Part shown: in pieces, positions 51,356-61,174 of the stretch
Numbering within the stretch: the first letter of the stretch is position 1
Layout of the letters: the number at the start of each line of letters is the position of its first letter
Origin: a bacterium
GTDB taxonomy: Bacteria > Krumholzibacteriota > Krumholzibacteriia > LZORAL124-64-63
Reading direction: 5' to 3'
Length of the DNA stretch: 64,000 nucleotides
Assembly (NCBI GenBank): GCA_031441465.1
Contig: JANOEP010000010.1
Location: forward strand, 96,001 to 160,000
The notes under the pieces: generated by a model
Databases searched by the model: none
Told to the model about the DNA's origin: nothing
What the model saw: the letters and a program-made list of their open reading frames with translations, nothing else
Made by a program: the position numbers and the translations under genes

Positions 51356-54300
51356 CGTGCTGCCACCCCCTCTCCCCCAACCGGCGGCCGAAGTAGCCGG
51401 CGGTCAGGGTCAGGGTCGCCGACGGGGTCCAGGCCAGGCGGGCCGCCGCTTCGACGTTGCCTCCCGGATAGGGGTAGAAGTAGGGGCGCAGCGCGCCCGG
51501 CGGTTCGTCGGCCTCGACCCACGACCAGCGCAGTTCGGAATATCCCGTCCAGCGCCGCTCGAACCGCAGCCGGGCTTGCGGCTTCAGGCCCCAGTCGCGC
51601 TGCCGGACGCCGGAGACGAGGTCGCGGCGCTCGGCGCGGTCCAGCGCGATCACCAGCTCGTTGCCGGGCGACGGCCGGCGGCTGCCTTCGACCTCCCAGC
51701 CCGTGGTCAGCGAATCGTAGGGGCGGTTGCCGGCGACCGCCTGCTCGCGGTTGGCCCGGGTCTCGTCGGTGCGCGTGGCGCGCAGGCGCAGGCTCGTGCG
51801 CTCGTCGACGTTGAAGGTCAGCGTTCCCTGGTGCAGGCGGCGCAGGCGTTCCTCGGGATGGGTCGCGTACTGGCGGTCGAGGCCCTCGTCGAACTCGAAG
51901 CGCCCGCGCAGGTCCCAGCGCCGCAGGTGCCGCAGCAGCCACAGCTCCTGCCGCAGGGAGATCTCGCCGAGCACCGTGTCCTGCTCGTCGAGGATCCGCG
52001 CGGGCGCCAGGCGCATCAGCCCGCCCACGTCGTCGGTCCGGCTGCGCCCGCGCACGGTCGCGCGGGTGACCGACTGCCAGGCGCCCCAGACGCGGTCCTT
52101 GCCGAGCACGGCGAAATCCTGCCGCCAGGAGAGGTCCGCGCTCACCTCGGTGGTGGCGATCAGCGAGTCGGTGCCGACGGTCACCACGTCGAAGTCGCCC
52201 AGGTCGTAGCCGACGAAGGCGCCGCTCTGGTCGTAGTCGCCCTGCCGCAGGCCGACGAAGAGGATCTGGCGGTCGAGCACCTCGCTGCGGCTGCTGTCCA
52301 CGGCGTAGACCAGGCCCCAGTCGCTGCCCGTGCGTTCCCAGCGCCCGTGCAGGTCGATCCGCGCCAGGCGTGTGGTGAGGTCCGGCCCGTCCGGGACCTC
52401 GACCCGCCGCAGCGTGCCGTCCGCGGTCAGGCGGACGCCGCCCAGCGCCGGCGTGCCGAGCCGCCAGCGCGTGGTGCGGCTGTCGCGATCACGCTCCCAG
52501 TGACCGGCGCGCAGGCTGTCGGACAGCCCGCGCTCGAAGCTCGCGCCCCAGGCCCAGGCGGCGCGGGCCGGCGCCTCCAGACCGGCGGTCCAGCGGCGGC
52601 GCTTCGCACCGGCGGTCCGGCCCGCGGCCGCCGCCGCGTCGGCGTGTTGGGCGCGCTCGTAGGCGAAGGAGGGCCGCGCGTAGGTCGCGTCGACGCCGAT
52701 CGCATGGCCCTGCTCGCGCCGCAGGACATCCAGGGGATCGGCCAGATCCTCGCTGCGCGCCTCCTGCCAGTGCGAGGCGCCGTCCAGGCGGCCCCAGGCC
52801 CAGCCGGCATCGGCGCCGGCGCGCCGGGCGTCCAGGGACGTCCCGTGGGACAGGCGGCCCCACTGCCCTTCCAGGCGCAGGCGTCGCGTCCCGCCGCCCG
52901 AGGTCAACGAACCCGTCGCCGACGACTCCACATCGCGCGCCTGCAGGAAGCCCGCGCGACGAGCGCGGTCGCCCAGACCCCAGCGCTCGTAACGGAAGAG
53001 ATCGCGCGCCAGCTGGAACGGCGCGAAACGGGCCCCGAGATCCTCGTGCTTCGCCTGCAACGCGACGACGCCGACGCGACGCCCGCCCGGTTGCCAGGCG
53101 CGTGCGCCGAGGTCCAGCGCGGCGCGCAGGGCGCCGCCCGCGTCGTCGCCGTCGTCACGGCCGGAGAGGGCGTTGGCGTCGAGGCTGCTCGCGTCCCACT
53201 CCAGGGACAGCAACGGGCGGCGCGGGTCGCCGAGCGTCGCCAGGAAGGTCGCCAGCCGCTGCGACGTCGGGGCGGGCAGCAGGCGGCCGATGCGGTAGGA
53301 TCCGCCCCCGGCGCCGCGGTAGGCGTAGACGGTCCGGCCCAGCGCCGTCAACGACGCGACGCCGTAGTCGCCCAGCCCGGGGCCGGCGTCGTAGAACTCG
53401 ACCAGGTGATCGCCGGCGAGCGTGTCGTGGACCGCCACCTGGATGCCGCCCAACGATTCGAACCGGTAGTCGCCCGCACCCGCCGCGACGACCGTCAGGC
53501 CCGGGGACACGGCCGGCTGATCGCCGGCCGCGGCGAGGACCGCGCGGTCGGCTTCCGACAATTCGCCGGCCCGCAGGCGGGTGGGGTCGTCCTGCTCGCG
53601 CACCAGCCGCATCGTCAGCGCCGCCGTGCGCCCGCCGAGCAGACCGACGTCGACGGCGGCCTGCGCCTGCGCGCCGGACACGGTGCGGGAGTACGGCCCC
53701 TCGCCTTCTTCGAACTCCACGACGATTTCCGAGTCGGCGGTGATCAGGCGGCGGTAGGTGAAGGTCACCGTGCCGCGGACGTAGTCGACGACGTAGTCGC
53801 GGTCGGAGCCGCGCGTCATCGTCTGGCCGTCGAGGCGCACGCGCTCGCTGCCGGCGACCAGGAAGACCCCGGACCCGCCGGCGCCCAGCTGGTACGGGCC
53901 CTGGTTCGCCTCCTCGCCGCGGAGCTGGAGCGTGCGGTACAGCCCGCGCGGCGAACCGGCCATCGCAGCGACGCCGGCGGCGACGTCGGCGGTGCCCGGC
54001 CGGGCCTCCAGCACGAAACCCTGCAGCTTGCGCCGGTAGTTCCCGAATTCGGTGCCGCCGCGTTCGGCGACGAAGTCGCCCAGGACGGCGTTCCAGCGCG
54101 GCGCGGTCAGCTCCACGCGCACGCGGTCGATGTCGCGCAATTCCTCGGTGTTCCCCTCCGGGACCACCGGCAGGTTGTCGTCCGACAGCGCCGCCCTCAC
54201 CGAGATGGTTTCGGTGAGACGGCCGGAGATGTCCAGGCGGAGATTCTGGTCCACGCTGAGGTCGCGGCGGTTGCCCGAGGCCATGCGCACGGATTTGCTG

Positions 54301-54800
54301 CCGCTGACCAGCAGGTCGTCCAGCGGATCGCCGGCCGCGGCGGCCGACGGCAACGGCGGCGGCAACACGCCGGCCGCCGTCGCGGGAGCGGTCGGGTCGG
54401 TGGCCAGCGGCGGGCCGCGCACCGCATGCAACTCCTCGTCGGGCGGCACCACGGCCGGGACGAAGTCGTACCGCAGCCGGACGGCGACGACGACCGCACC
54501 GGGATCGCCCAGCGGGCGCAACGGGAACCAGATGCCGCGCGTGCCGTCGAGCCGGTAGTCCGTGTCGGCGCGCCAGGTCACGCCACCGACGACCGCCTCG
54601 AAGCCTTGGTTGAGCACGAAGGGTTGGGCCAGGGCGAGGCTCGTGGTTCCGGGCGGCAGCAGATGCCACTCGGTCTCGCTCAGCGCGGATCGCGGGCCGC
54701 CCGGCTCCGCCCGGGCCGCGGGCGCGCCGGCGCCCAGCAGGACGGCGGCCGCCAGCAGCCGTGACGCGATCCGCAGCACGGGATGCCGCACGCCGCGCAC
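51324..54800 (-). CDS. Large (1158 aa) outer-membrane beta-barrel protein with SprA-like segments
   Basis: Signal peptide; 'SGSKSVRM...LRLDISGRL...ALSDDNLPVVPEGNT', 'GSERVRLDG...RGSDRDYVVDYVRGTVTF'; many amphipathic strands; C-terminal Phe ('ESTARF'). Exact start uncertain. Confidence 0.72.
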   Translation of the reverse strand: MRGVRHPVLRIASRLLAAAVLLGAGAPAARAEPGGPRSALSETEWHLLPPGTTSLALAQPFVLNQGFEAVVGGVTWRADTDYRLDGTRGIWFPLRPLGDPGAVVVAVRLRYDFVPAVVPPDEELHAVRGPPLATDPTAPATAAGVLPPPLPSAAAAGDPLDDLLVSGSKSVRMASGNRRDLSVDQNLRLDISGRLTETISVRAALSDDNLPVVPEGNTEELRDIDRVRVELTAPRWNAVLGDFVAERGGTEFGNYRRKLQGFVLEARPGTADVAAGVAAMAGSPRGLYRTLQLRGEEANQGPYQLGAGGSGVFLVAGSERVRLDGQTMTRGSDRDYVVDYVRGTVTFTYRRLITADSEIVVEFEEGEGPYSRTVSGAQAQAAVDVGLLGGRTAALTMRLVREQDDPTRLRAGELSEADRAVLAAAGDQPAVSPGLTVVAAGAGDYRFESLGGIQVAVHDTLAGDHLVEFYDAGPGLGDYGVASLTALGRTVYAYRGAGGGSYRIGRLLPAPTSQRLATFLATLGDPRRPLLSLEWDASSLDANALSGRDDGDDAGGALRAALDLGARAWQPGGRRVGVVALQAKHEDLGARFAPFQLARDLFRYERWGLGDRARRAGFLQARDVESSATGSLTSGGGTRRLRLEGQWGRLSHGTSLDARRAGADAGWAWGRLDGASHWQEARSEDLADPLDVLRREQGHAIGVDATYARPSFAYERAQHADAAAAAGRTAGAKRRRWTAGLEAPARAAWAWGASFERGLSDSLRAGHWERDRDSRTTRWRLGTPALGGVRLTADGTLRRVEVPDGPDLTTRLARIDLHGRWERTGSDWGLVYAVDSSRSEVLDRQILFVGLRQGDYDQSGAFVGYDLGDFDVVTVGTDSLIATTEVSADLSWRQDFAVLGKDRVWGAWQSVTRATVRGRSRTDDVGGLMRLAPARILDEQDTVLGEISLRQELWLLRHLRRWDLRGRFEFDEGLDRQYATHPEERLRRLHQGTLTFNVDERTSLRLRATRTDETRANREQAVAGNRPYDSLTTGWEVEGSRRPSPGNELVIALDRAERRDLVSGVRQRDWGLKPQARLRFERRWTGYSELRWSWVEADEPPGALRPYFYPYPGGNVEAAARLAWTPSATLTLTAGYFGRRLGERGWQHDVRLESTARF

Positions 54801-54808
54801 CGCCGCTC

Positions 54809-55807
54809 CTATCGGTAGAGGATCCGGTAGATCAGCACCGCCTGGCGGTCGCGATCGGCGACCGCCAGCAGGTCGTCGGGGCCGACGGCGACGTCGATGG
54901 GCAACTGCGGCGTCGCCAGCAGGCCCAGCGAGGAATCGGTGCTGAACAGGTGCGTGAGGTCCGGCGCGTACACGTGCACGGCCCGGCCCGCGGGATCGGC
55001 CACGAAGAGGTTGCCGTCGGGGTCGGTGTCCAGGCCCTGCGGCGTCAGCAGCACGTTGTGGCGGTCGAACTCGCCGCCGACCATCTGCTCCAGGTAGCCG
55101 AGCCGCGAGAAATGCTGCAGGCGGCGGTTGGCCCGATCGGCGACGACGAAGCTGCCGTCGTTCAGGAACGCGACGCCGCTGGGCTCCTGGAACTGCTCGC
55201 GGTGCGAGCCGGGCCCGCCGACCGTCGTCTGGATCGCCAGGAACGAGTCCAGCAGGACGGCCTGGCTCTCGGAGGCGTCGGTGAAGACCAGCCGCCCGTC
55301 GAGATCGATGTCGAAGCTCGAGGGCAGGCGGTCGAACCCCGGATCGAGGTGCGCGAAGCTCACCAGCTGGTCCTGGTAGGCGCCGCCGAGGTCGTAGCGC
55401 AGCAGGCTGCGGCCGTCCATGTCGAGCACCAGGACCTTGAAGTGGTCGACGCGCACGTCGACGGGCCGGAAGAAGCGCGAGCCGGGGCTGTCGAACTGGA
55501 ACCAGAGGTCGTCGGCGGGGCTGTAGCCGTGGACGCGTCCCGCCTTCTCGTCGCAGATGTAGAGGCTGCCGTCGCCGTACCAGCAGATCCCGGCCAGCCC
55601 CTCCAGGGGGTAGTAGGGGGCCGAGCGCACGTTCTCGTAGGCGAGCAGGAATTCCAGGGCGTAGGGGCGCGCCGTCGCGACGGTCTCGGCGCCGTCGGTC
55701 GCGGCGCCGGTATCGGCGCCGAAGTCGGCGCCGACCTGCGGCGACGGGGCCGGCGCGCAGCCGCCGAGGGCGGCGGCGAGGCTCAGAACGAGCGCGAGAC
55801 GACGCAT
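54809..55807 (-). CDS. NHL-repeat (beta-propeller) lipoprotein
   Basis: Lipobox 'LAAALGG-C'; repeats 'FQEPSGVAF...VVADRANRRLQ', 'PQGLDTDPDGNLFVAD', 'PIDVAVGPDDLLAVAD'. Confidence 0.88.
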   Translation of the reverse strand: MRRLALVLSLAAALGGCAPAPSPQVGADFGADTGAATDGAETVATARPYALEFLLAYENVRSAPYYPLEGLAGICWYGDGSLYICDEKAGRVHGYSPADDLWFQFDSPGSRFFRPVDVRVDHFKVLVLDMDGRSLLRYDLGGAYQDQLVSFAHLDPGFDRLPSSFDIDLDGRLVFTDASESQAVLLDSFLAIQTTVGGPGSHREQFQEPSGVAFLNDGSFVVADRANRRLQHFSRLGYLEQMVGGEFDRHNVLLTPQGLDTDPDGNLFVADPAGRAVHVYAPDLTHLFSTDSSLGLLATPQLPIDVAVGPDDLLAVADRDRQAVLIYRILYR

Positions 55808-56598
55808 GCGGTGCCCCCGTGTCCGCCCGCCGAGCGGGACTCGAGGTCGAACCCGAAGCCGGCGACCTCCAGCTGGTGGTCGCCCGCGCCGGCGCCGCGG
55901 ACCGCGTCGTAGGCCGACACGGCGCGGTTGACGATCGCGAACAGGATCATGAAATCGCGGCGGTCGTAGGCGATGTTCGCGTCGGCGCGCAGGCTCTGGT
56001 AGTTCTCCCGGTGGTCGCCGCTGCGCCAGAACCAGCCTTCGGCGGGGTCGAGCAGGCCGGGGGCCGTGGCCGGGTCCCGGCCTTCGGCGCGCGCCTCCAT
56101 CATCAGGGCGGTGTTGAAGTCTTCGCTCTCCATGTAACGGCCGACGGCCCGCCAGTAGTTCTCGGTGTGCTCGGGATCCTGGACGCCGGCGAAGATCTGC
56201 GCGTAGTCGCGGGAGTCCTCGCTGTAGCCCACGGCCTGGGAGTGGAACACGAAGTAGGCGGTCCACACCGCGGCCTCGGCCCCGGCGAAGGCCAGGGCGC
56301 GATCGCGGTCGCCGTTGTAGTACTGCCCCGCTCCGGGCAGCGCCAGCGAGAGCAGCCCCGCGGTGAACTTGCGGCCGAAGTTGCGCGGGCCGGCGCTTGT
56401 CGGTTCGCGGCGCACGCCGCCGACCGAGGCGCCGCCTCCGAGTTCCTGCACGTCCCACCGGGACGAGGAAGCGGCCAGTCCGGTCGCTTCCCACCGCGCG
56501 GCCAGCAGGTCGGGAGCGGGATCGGCCGCCGCCGGCGCCGCGCAGGCCGCCGCGGTCAGAGCCGACGCGATCACGATCCGTCGCAGGGACATGTGCAT
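55783..56598 (-). CDS. DUF5683-like envelope protein
   Basis: Signal peptide; 'LLSLALPGAGQYYNG' hairpin motif; 'NRAVSAYDA'; C-terminal beta strand ending in Phe. Confidence 0.7.
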   Translation of the reverse strand: MHMSLRRIVIASALTAAACAAPAAADPAPDLLAARWEATGLAASSSRWDVQELGGGASVGGVRREPTSAGPRNFGRKFTAGLLSLALPGAGQYYNGDRDRALAFAGAEAAVWTAYFVFHSQAVGYSEDSRDYAQIFAGVQDPEHTENYWRAVGRYMESEDFNTALMMEARAEGRDPATAPGLLDPAEGWFWRSGDHRENYQSLRADANIAYDRRDFMILFAIVNRAVSAYDAVRGAGAGDHQLEVAGFGFDLESRSAGGHGGTACVVSRSF

Positions 56599-56612
56599 GA
56601 CTTGCCGCCTCG

Positions 56613-57521
56613 TCAGTAGGAGATGGACACGCCCAGCCGGCTGGAGGTCAGCCCGCGGGGCTCGGCGATGAGGGCCAGTTCGTGACCGGCCACGTTCATG
56701 GCGGCCGAGCGGCCGCCCGAGAAGACGCCCTGCAGGTAGGCCACCTGGACCATGCTGAACACACGGGTGAACATGTTCACGTAGACCAGCTTGTCGCGAT
56801 TGTCGAACGACGCGTTGGATTCCTGGCGCAGCGCGCGGTAGGCCTCGCGGTGGGCGGTGACGCGCACGTCCTTCAGGATGCGGCTGTTCAGGTCGGTGTA
56901 GTCGTCCCAGGTCGGGTCGGTCTGCTGCCACCAGTTCACCGACCAGCCGCGCGGGTCGGAGAAGTCGTCCCAACCGAACACGAACTGGTCCCACTTGCCG
57001 GCGTTCTCGTAGTACTCGCGCTCGTCGTCCTCGCGGGAGACCCACAGCGACAGGTCCGTGTAGGCGGCCACGTCGTAGAAGAAGGTGCCGACCTCATCGC
57101 CGTCGCCGAAGGCCGCCGCCAGCTGCGCCTCGCTCCAGTGCGCGTCGAGGTAGTCGTAGTAGTCCTGCCGCTTCTGGTTGCCCTGGTCGTGGTAGTGCTT
57201 CACGCCGATCCAGGAGGCGACGTCCAGCGCCATCATGGCGTAGCCCCGCTTGTAGCCGAGGCTCGCCTCGCCGAGGCCCGGCACCAGCAGCGAGAACAGC
57301 ACCGGCCGCAGGGAACCGCCGCCGTCGCCGCCGCCGGCGTGCGACGGCGCCAGCCGCGAACCGCCGATGTCGCTCTGCGGCAGGGCGGCGCGCTGCAGCG
57401 TGGGGGTTTCCGTCGCGGCGCGGTCCAGCAACCAGCCGGCGCGGCCGCGGTCGGCGTCGCCGGCGGCGGCGGCCGCCGACCACAGGATGAGCATCGTGAT
57501 GAGGATCAGGCTCGAGCGCAT
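56613..57521 (-). CDS. DUF5683-like envelope protein (paralogue of the downstream gene)
   Basis: Signal peptide; 'LFSLLVPGLGEASLG'; 'YYENAGKWDQFVFGWDD'; terminal strand 'RLGVSISY'. Confidence 0.7.
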   Translation of the reverse strand: MRSSLILITMLILWSAAAAAGDADRGRAGWLLDRAATETPTLQRAALPQSDIGGSRLAPSHAGGGDGGGSLRPVLFSLLVPGLGEASLGYKRGYAMMALDVASWIGVKHYHDQGNQKRQDYYDYLDAHWSEAQLAAAFGDGDEVGTFFYDVAAYTDLSLWVSREDDEREYYENAGKWDQFVFGWDDFSDPRGWSVNWWQQTDPTWDDYTDLNSRILKDVRVTAHREAYRALRQESNASFDNRDKLVYVNMFTRVFSMVQVAYLQGVFSGGRSAAMNVAGHELALIAEPRGLTSSRLGVSISY

Positions 57522-57566
57522 CGTCTCACTCCCCTAGCGCGGGCCGGCCCGCGGTGTGGATGGCGG

Positions 57567-60500
57567 TCAGCGCTCCACCGCGAGGCGGAGCAGTCGGGTG
57601 ACGCGTCCCTCGGCGGCGGGCGCCGTCAAGCGGACCAGGTAGACGCCCGAGGACAGCGTGTCCGGGCTCCAGCGGATCTCTTCGAGCGTGCCGTCGCCCC
57701 CGTCGTGCCGCAGTTCGGCGACGCTCTCGCCTTCGAGGTTGAGGACCGACAGGCGGGCCTCACCGGGCCGCGCGCTCCAGTAGCGGAACGCGACGTCGCG
57801 GCCGCGCAAAGGGTTGGGGTAGGCGACGAAGCGATCCCGCTCCGCGGCCTGAGCCGAGAGGTCGCCCAGGTCGTGCGGTTCGCCGACGCGTCCGTTGCGC
57901 AGGGGGCCGCCCAGGGGACCGAGCCAGCACGAGGTCGCGGTGACGTCGCGCGTGGCGGTGCCGGGCAGCCAACCCACCGCCGAACCGGTGACCGGCGCGC
58001 CGCCGAGACCGGGAGCCGACCTGCCGCCCGGGTCCGCGAGCCAGAGCACGCGGCCGAGTTCCGGTTCGTCGCCCGCGACCAGCGACGCGCCGCCGGCGTC
58101 GCCCCACAGCAGCGGTGAACGGGGCAACAGGCGGCCCGTCGCGTCCCAGACCAGCAGGTGCCCGCCGTCGGTGGCGGCGAGGACCTCGTTGCGACCGTCC
58201 CCGTCGACGTCGAACACGACCACGGCGCCGTCGAAGGCCGTCGGGGTGGTGAAGGGGAACTGCGAGGCGAGTTCCAGGGGGAAACCGGCCAGCGACACGC
58301 CGGCAGCCGAGCAGGCGAGCAGGTGGGTCGCGGTCGTCAGGATCAGGTCGTCGCGCCCGTCGCCGTCGAGGTCGGCCACCGCGGGTTCGCCCGTCGGCGC
58401 GCCGCGCGGCGGCAGCGGCCAGGCGGTCGTCGCCGGCGCGAGGTGAGGGAAGAACTCCACCGACACGGCGGCGCCGTCGCGGCCGATGACGACCATCCGC
58501 GCCGCGACGCCGTCCTCGAGCACGGCGACGCGGTAGCCGTCGGCGGCCGGCGGCAGGCCGAGGCGGCCGGTGCTCGCCCCGGCTTCGCCGAGCCCTTCGA
58601 CGGGGATCAGGAACCAGCGGTCGTCGGTCAGCAGCAGGAAGCGGTCCACGCCGAAGGGAGCGCTCACGAGGCGGGGCGCGGCCAGCACCGGGCCGACGAC
58701 CGCTTCGGAGAGCGCGCCGAGGTCGATGGGCTCGCCCACCCGCGCACCCTGCTCGTCCAGCAGCAGGGCGCGGCCGGGTTCGGTGCAGCACAGCAGGCGC
58801 GCCTCGCCGCCGGGCAACCGCCCGACGATCGGTCCGAACGCCAGCGTGTCGGCCACGGCGTACGGTCCCCACAGGCGGGGCCAGAACGCTCCGGAGACGA
58901 GGCTCAAGTACGCAGAAACGCGGCCGCCGCGCTCGCCGACCACCAGCTGGTCGCGGCCGTTGGCGGCGAAACGCGCGACGACCGGCGGTCCGGCCAGGGG
59001 CTCCGTCAGGACCGCGGCCGCGCCGGCCGGCCAGTCCGGTGATCCCTGGGCGACGGGACGACCCGCGGCGTCGAAGAGGAAGAGGTAGGCCGGCTCGTCG
59101 GGCGTGCCGTCGGTGACGGCGTCGACGGGCAGCGAAGCGCAGGCCAACGCGGGACCCGGACCCGTCCCCCCGATCCCCTCGACCAGCCAGGGGGTGACCG
59201 ATTCCGGCGCCAGAAGGCGGGCGGCGGCCGGATCGAGCGCCGCCGGCAGACGGACCGGTTCGCCGGCGCGCAGCGGCAGGGTGTGGGCGGTGAAGGTCAT
59301 CGTCGCGCCCTGGGCCGAGATGCCCGTCATCTCGAAGCCGGTCCAGGCCCGCTCGTACGTGCGGGTCGAAGGCCGCCCCTCCTGCCGCAGCGCCGCCGTC
59401 GTGCCGGCGTGGAAGGGGTCGCGCGCCGAACCGTAGAAGCCGAAGACGTAGGCGTCGTAGACCCCGACGTCCTGGATGCCGTCGGCCTCGAGCAACCGCA
59501 GGCCGTCGCCTGCGCCGTTGATCGTGTTGTCGGCCAGTTGCGCCTCGATGCGCGCCTCGTTCACGTGCCAGACCAGCAGGCCGCCGTCCGGCAGGAAGAA
59601 GTCGTACATGCCCGTGTTGCGCGAGACCTCCTCCAGGGGGCCGGGACCGTCGGGATCCTCGAGATCGCCGCCCATGTAGAGGAAGACGCCGGTCGCCGCG
59701 TCGCGGACGAAGCCGATGCCGCTCGTGTCCGGCAACGCGGCGCCGCTCAGCGGCACCCAGCGGTTCTCCACCAGGAAGAACTCCCGCGGCGAGACGCCGC
59801 CCAGGATCGCCTGCGGGTAGGCGGGATCGAAGTCGTACGGCGCGCCGGCGACCGAACTGCCGCTGTAGTGCTGCACGTACTGGCTGCGCGGGATCTGGAC
59901 GGCCGGCAGGTGGACCTCGCGGTCGCCGCCGCCGATGGTCGCCGTCTCGAGCCAACCGAGGTACCAGCGGTTCCAGGCGCCCAGCGAGGGCGGCAGCAGG
60001 CCGGCGACGCTGAAGACGTCGATGGAATCCGGGTACTCGGGATGGATGTTCAGACCGACGTTGGCCACCAGGTTCGGACCGGAGTCCATCAAGTCCCAGA
60101 GCCCGACCGCCGGCAGGCCGGTGGTGGTGTCGTAGATGTCGGGCAGGCCCAGCGAGTGGCCGAATTCGTGGTAGAGGGCGCCCGCGATGCTGCCCAGCCA
60201 GTCGTCCTGGCTAGTGGATTCCGGGATGATCGAGCACTCGCTGATCGAGCCGGGTGTGCCGGTCTCGGTGTCGGCGCCGAGCAGGGCGACGGGTTCGCCC
60301 AGGGTCACGAAGAAGGTTGGGACGTCGTTGGGCGAGTCGCGGTTGATGTCGCTCTGCCAGTCGCCGCCGGCGTGGACGAAGATCACGTAGGTGAGTTCGT
60401 TGTCGTCGTCGAAGTCGGCCAGGTTGGCGCTGCCGTCCTGCTGGGTGCCGGCATCCGCCGCCCCGATGACGTCGTGCACGAAATTCTCCAGCAGTTCCAG

Positions 60501-61145
60501 GGTCCAGCCGCCGCCGGCGCCGGGGCCGTAGTCGGCCAGGTCCGACAGACGGTAGCAGTCCTGGTCGCCTGCGGGCAGCACGCGCCCCTCGATGACGAGA
60601 CGTCCGCCGGACTGGATACGGTAGTACTCGCCGAGACCGTTCAGGTGCGCTTCGAAGTAGGCCCTGTCGTGGGGAGGTCGGTCGAAAATCGCGTCGGGGT
60701 CGGGGGCCAGCACGAAGTTGCCGTCCGACGTGACGCTCGTCAGTTCACCGCTGAGGTCGGTGTCGAAGCCGATGCGGATCAGCAGCACCCGCAGCGTCGT
60801 CGGTTCCCCGGACTTCGTCGCCGACGCCGACGCCGCCCGCACACCCGGGCGCCGGGAAACGTGCCGTCCCTCGAGCAGGTCGTGAACGGCGTGGAAGCGT
60901 TCCTCGAGCACCTCGAGCCGCCCCTGCGCCGCGTCGCGCGCCCGCTCGCCGCCTGGGCCCGCGAACAGGCGCTCCGGCGCGACCTTCACGACGGGCACCT
61001 TGACGGTCGGCCGCGCGTCGACCGCCGCCGTCGCCGCGACGGCGCACGTCCCGAGCCCCACGCACAGGACCAGGGACAGCAGTCGCTTCGCGATGCGGGC
61101 CGGTTCGTGCCTGCGCGGTGCGCCGTCGGTCTGCATGCCGTTCAT
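57567..61145 (-). CDS. M6 (immune inhibitor A-like) metalloprotease with FG-GAP/VCBS repeats and a T9SS type A C-terminal sorting domain
   Basis: 'IFVHAG', zinc motif 'HEFGHSLGLPD', Met-turn 'WDLMDSG', 'EFFLVENR', 'GLLVWHV'; 'ADLDGDGRDD', 'FDVDGDGRNE'; CTD 'YPNP...SGVYLVRL...LAVER'. Confidence 0.88.
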   Translation of the reverse strand: MNGMQTDGAPRRHEPARIAKRLLSLVLCVGLGTCAVAATAAVDARPTVKVPVVKVAPERLFAGPGGERARDAAQGRLEVLEERFHAVHDLLEGRHVSRRPGVRAASASATKSGEPTTLRVLLIRIGFDTDLSGELTSVTSDGNFVLAPDPDAIFDRPPHDRAYFEAHLNGLGEYYRIQSGGRLVIEGRVLPAGDQDCYRLSDLADYGPGAGGGWTLELLENFVHDVIGAADAGTQQDGSANLADFDDDNELTYVIFVHAGGDWQSDINRDSPNDVPTFFVTLGEPVALLGADTETGTPGSISECSIIPESTSQDDWLGSIAGALYHEFGHSLGLPDIYDTTTGLPAVGLWDLMDSGPNLVANVGLNIHPEYPDSIDVFSVAGLLPPSLGAWNRWYLGWLETATIGGGDREVHLPAVQIPRSQYVQHYSGSSVAGAPYDFDPAYPQAILGGVSPREFFLVENRWVPLSGAALPDTSGIGFVRDAATGVFLYMGGDLEDPDGPGPLEEVSRNTGMYDFFLPDGGLLVWHVNEARIEAQLADNTINGAGDGLRLLEADGIQDVGVYDAYVFGFYGSARDPFHAGTTAALRQEGRPSTRTYERAWTGFEMTGISAQGATMTFTAHTLPLRAGEPVRLPAALDPAAARLLAPESVTPWLVEGIGGTGPGPALACASLPVDAVTDGTPDEPAYLFLFDAAGRPVAQGSPDWPAGAAAVLTEPLAGPPVVARFAANGRDQLVVGERGGRVSAYLSLVSGAFWPRLWGPYAVADTLAFGPIVGRLPGGEARLLCCTEPGRALLLDEQGARVGEPIDLGALSEAVVGPVLAAPRLVSAPFGVDRFLLLTDDRWFLIPVEGLGEAGASTGRLGLPPAADGYRVAVLEDGVAARMVVIGRDGAAVSVEFFPHLAPATTAWPLPPRGAPTGEPAVADLDGDGRDDLILTTATHLLACSAAGVSLAGFPLELASQFPFTTPTAFDGAVVVFDVDGDGRNEVLAATDGGHLLVWDATGRLLPRSPLLWGDAGGASLVAGDEPELGRVLWLADPGGRSAPGLGGAPVTGSAVGWLPGTATRDVTATSCWLGPLGGPLRNGRVGEPHDLGDLSAQAAERDRFVAYPNPLRGRDVAFRYWSARPGEARLSVLNLEGESVAELRHDGGDGTLEEIRWSPDTLSSGVYLVRLTAPAAEGRVTRLLRLAVER

Positions 61146-61174
61146 CCCGCCTTCCGGAACGCGGAGTCGCCGTC

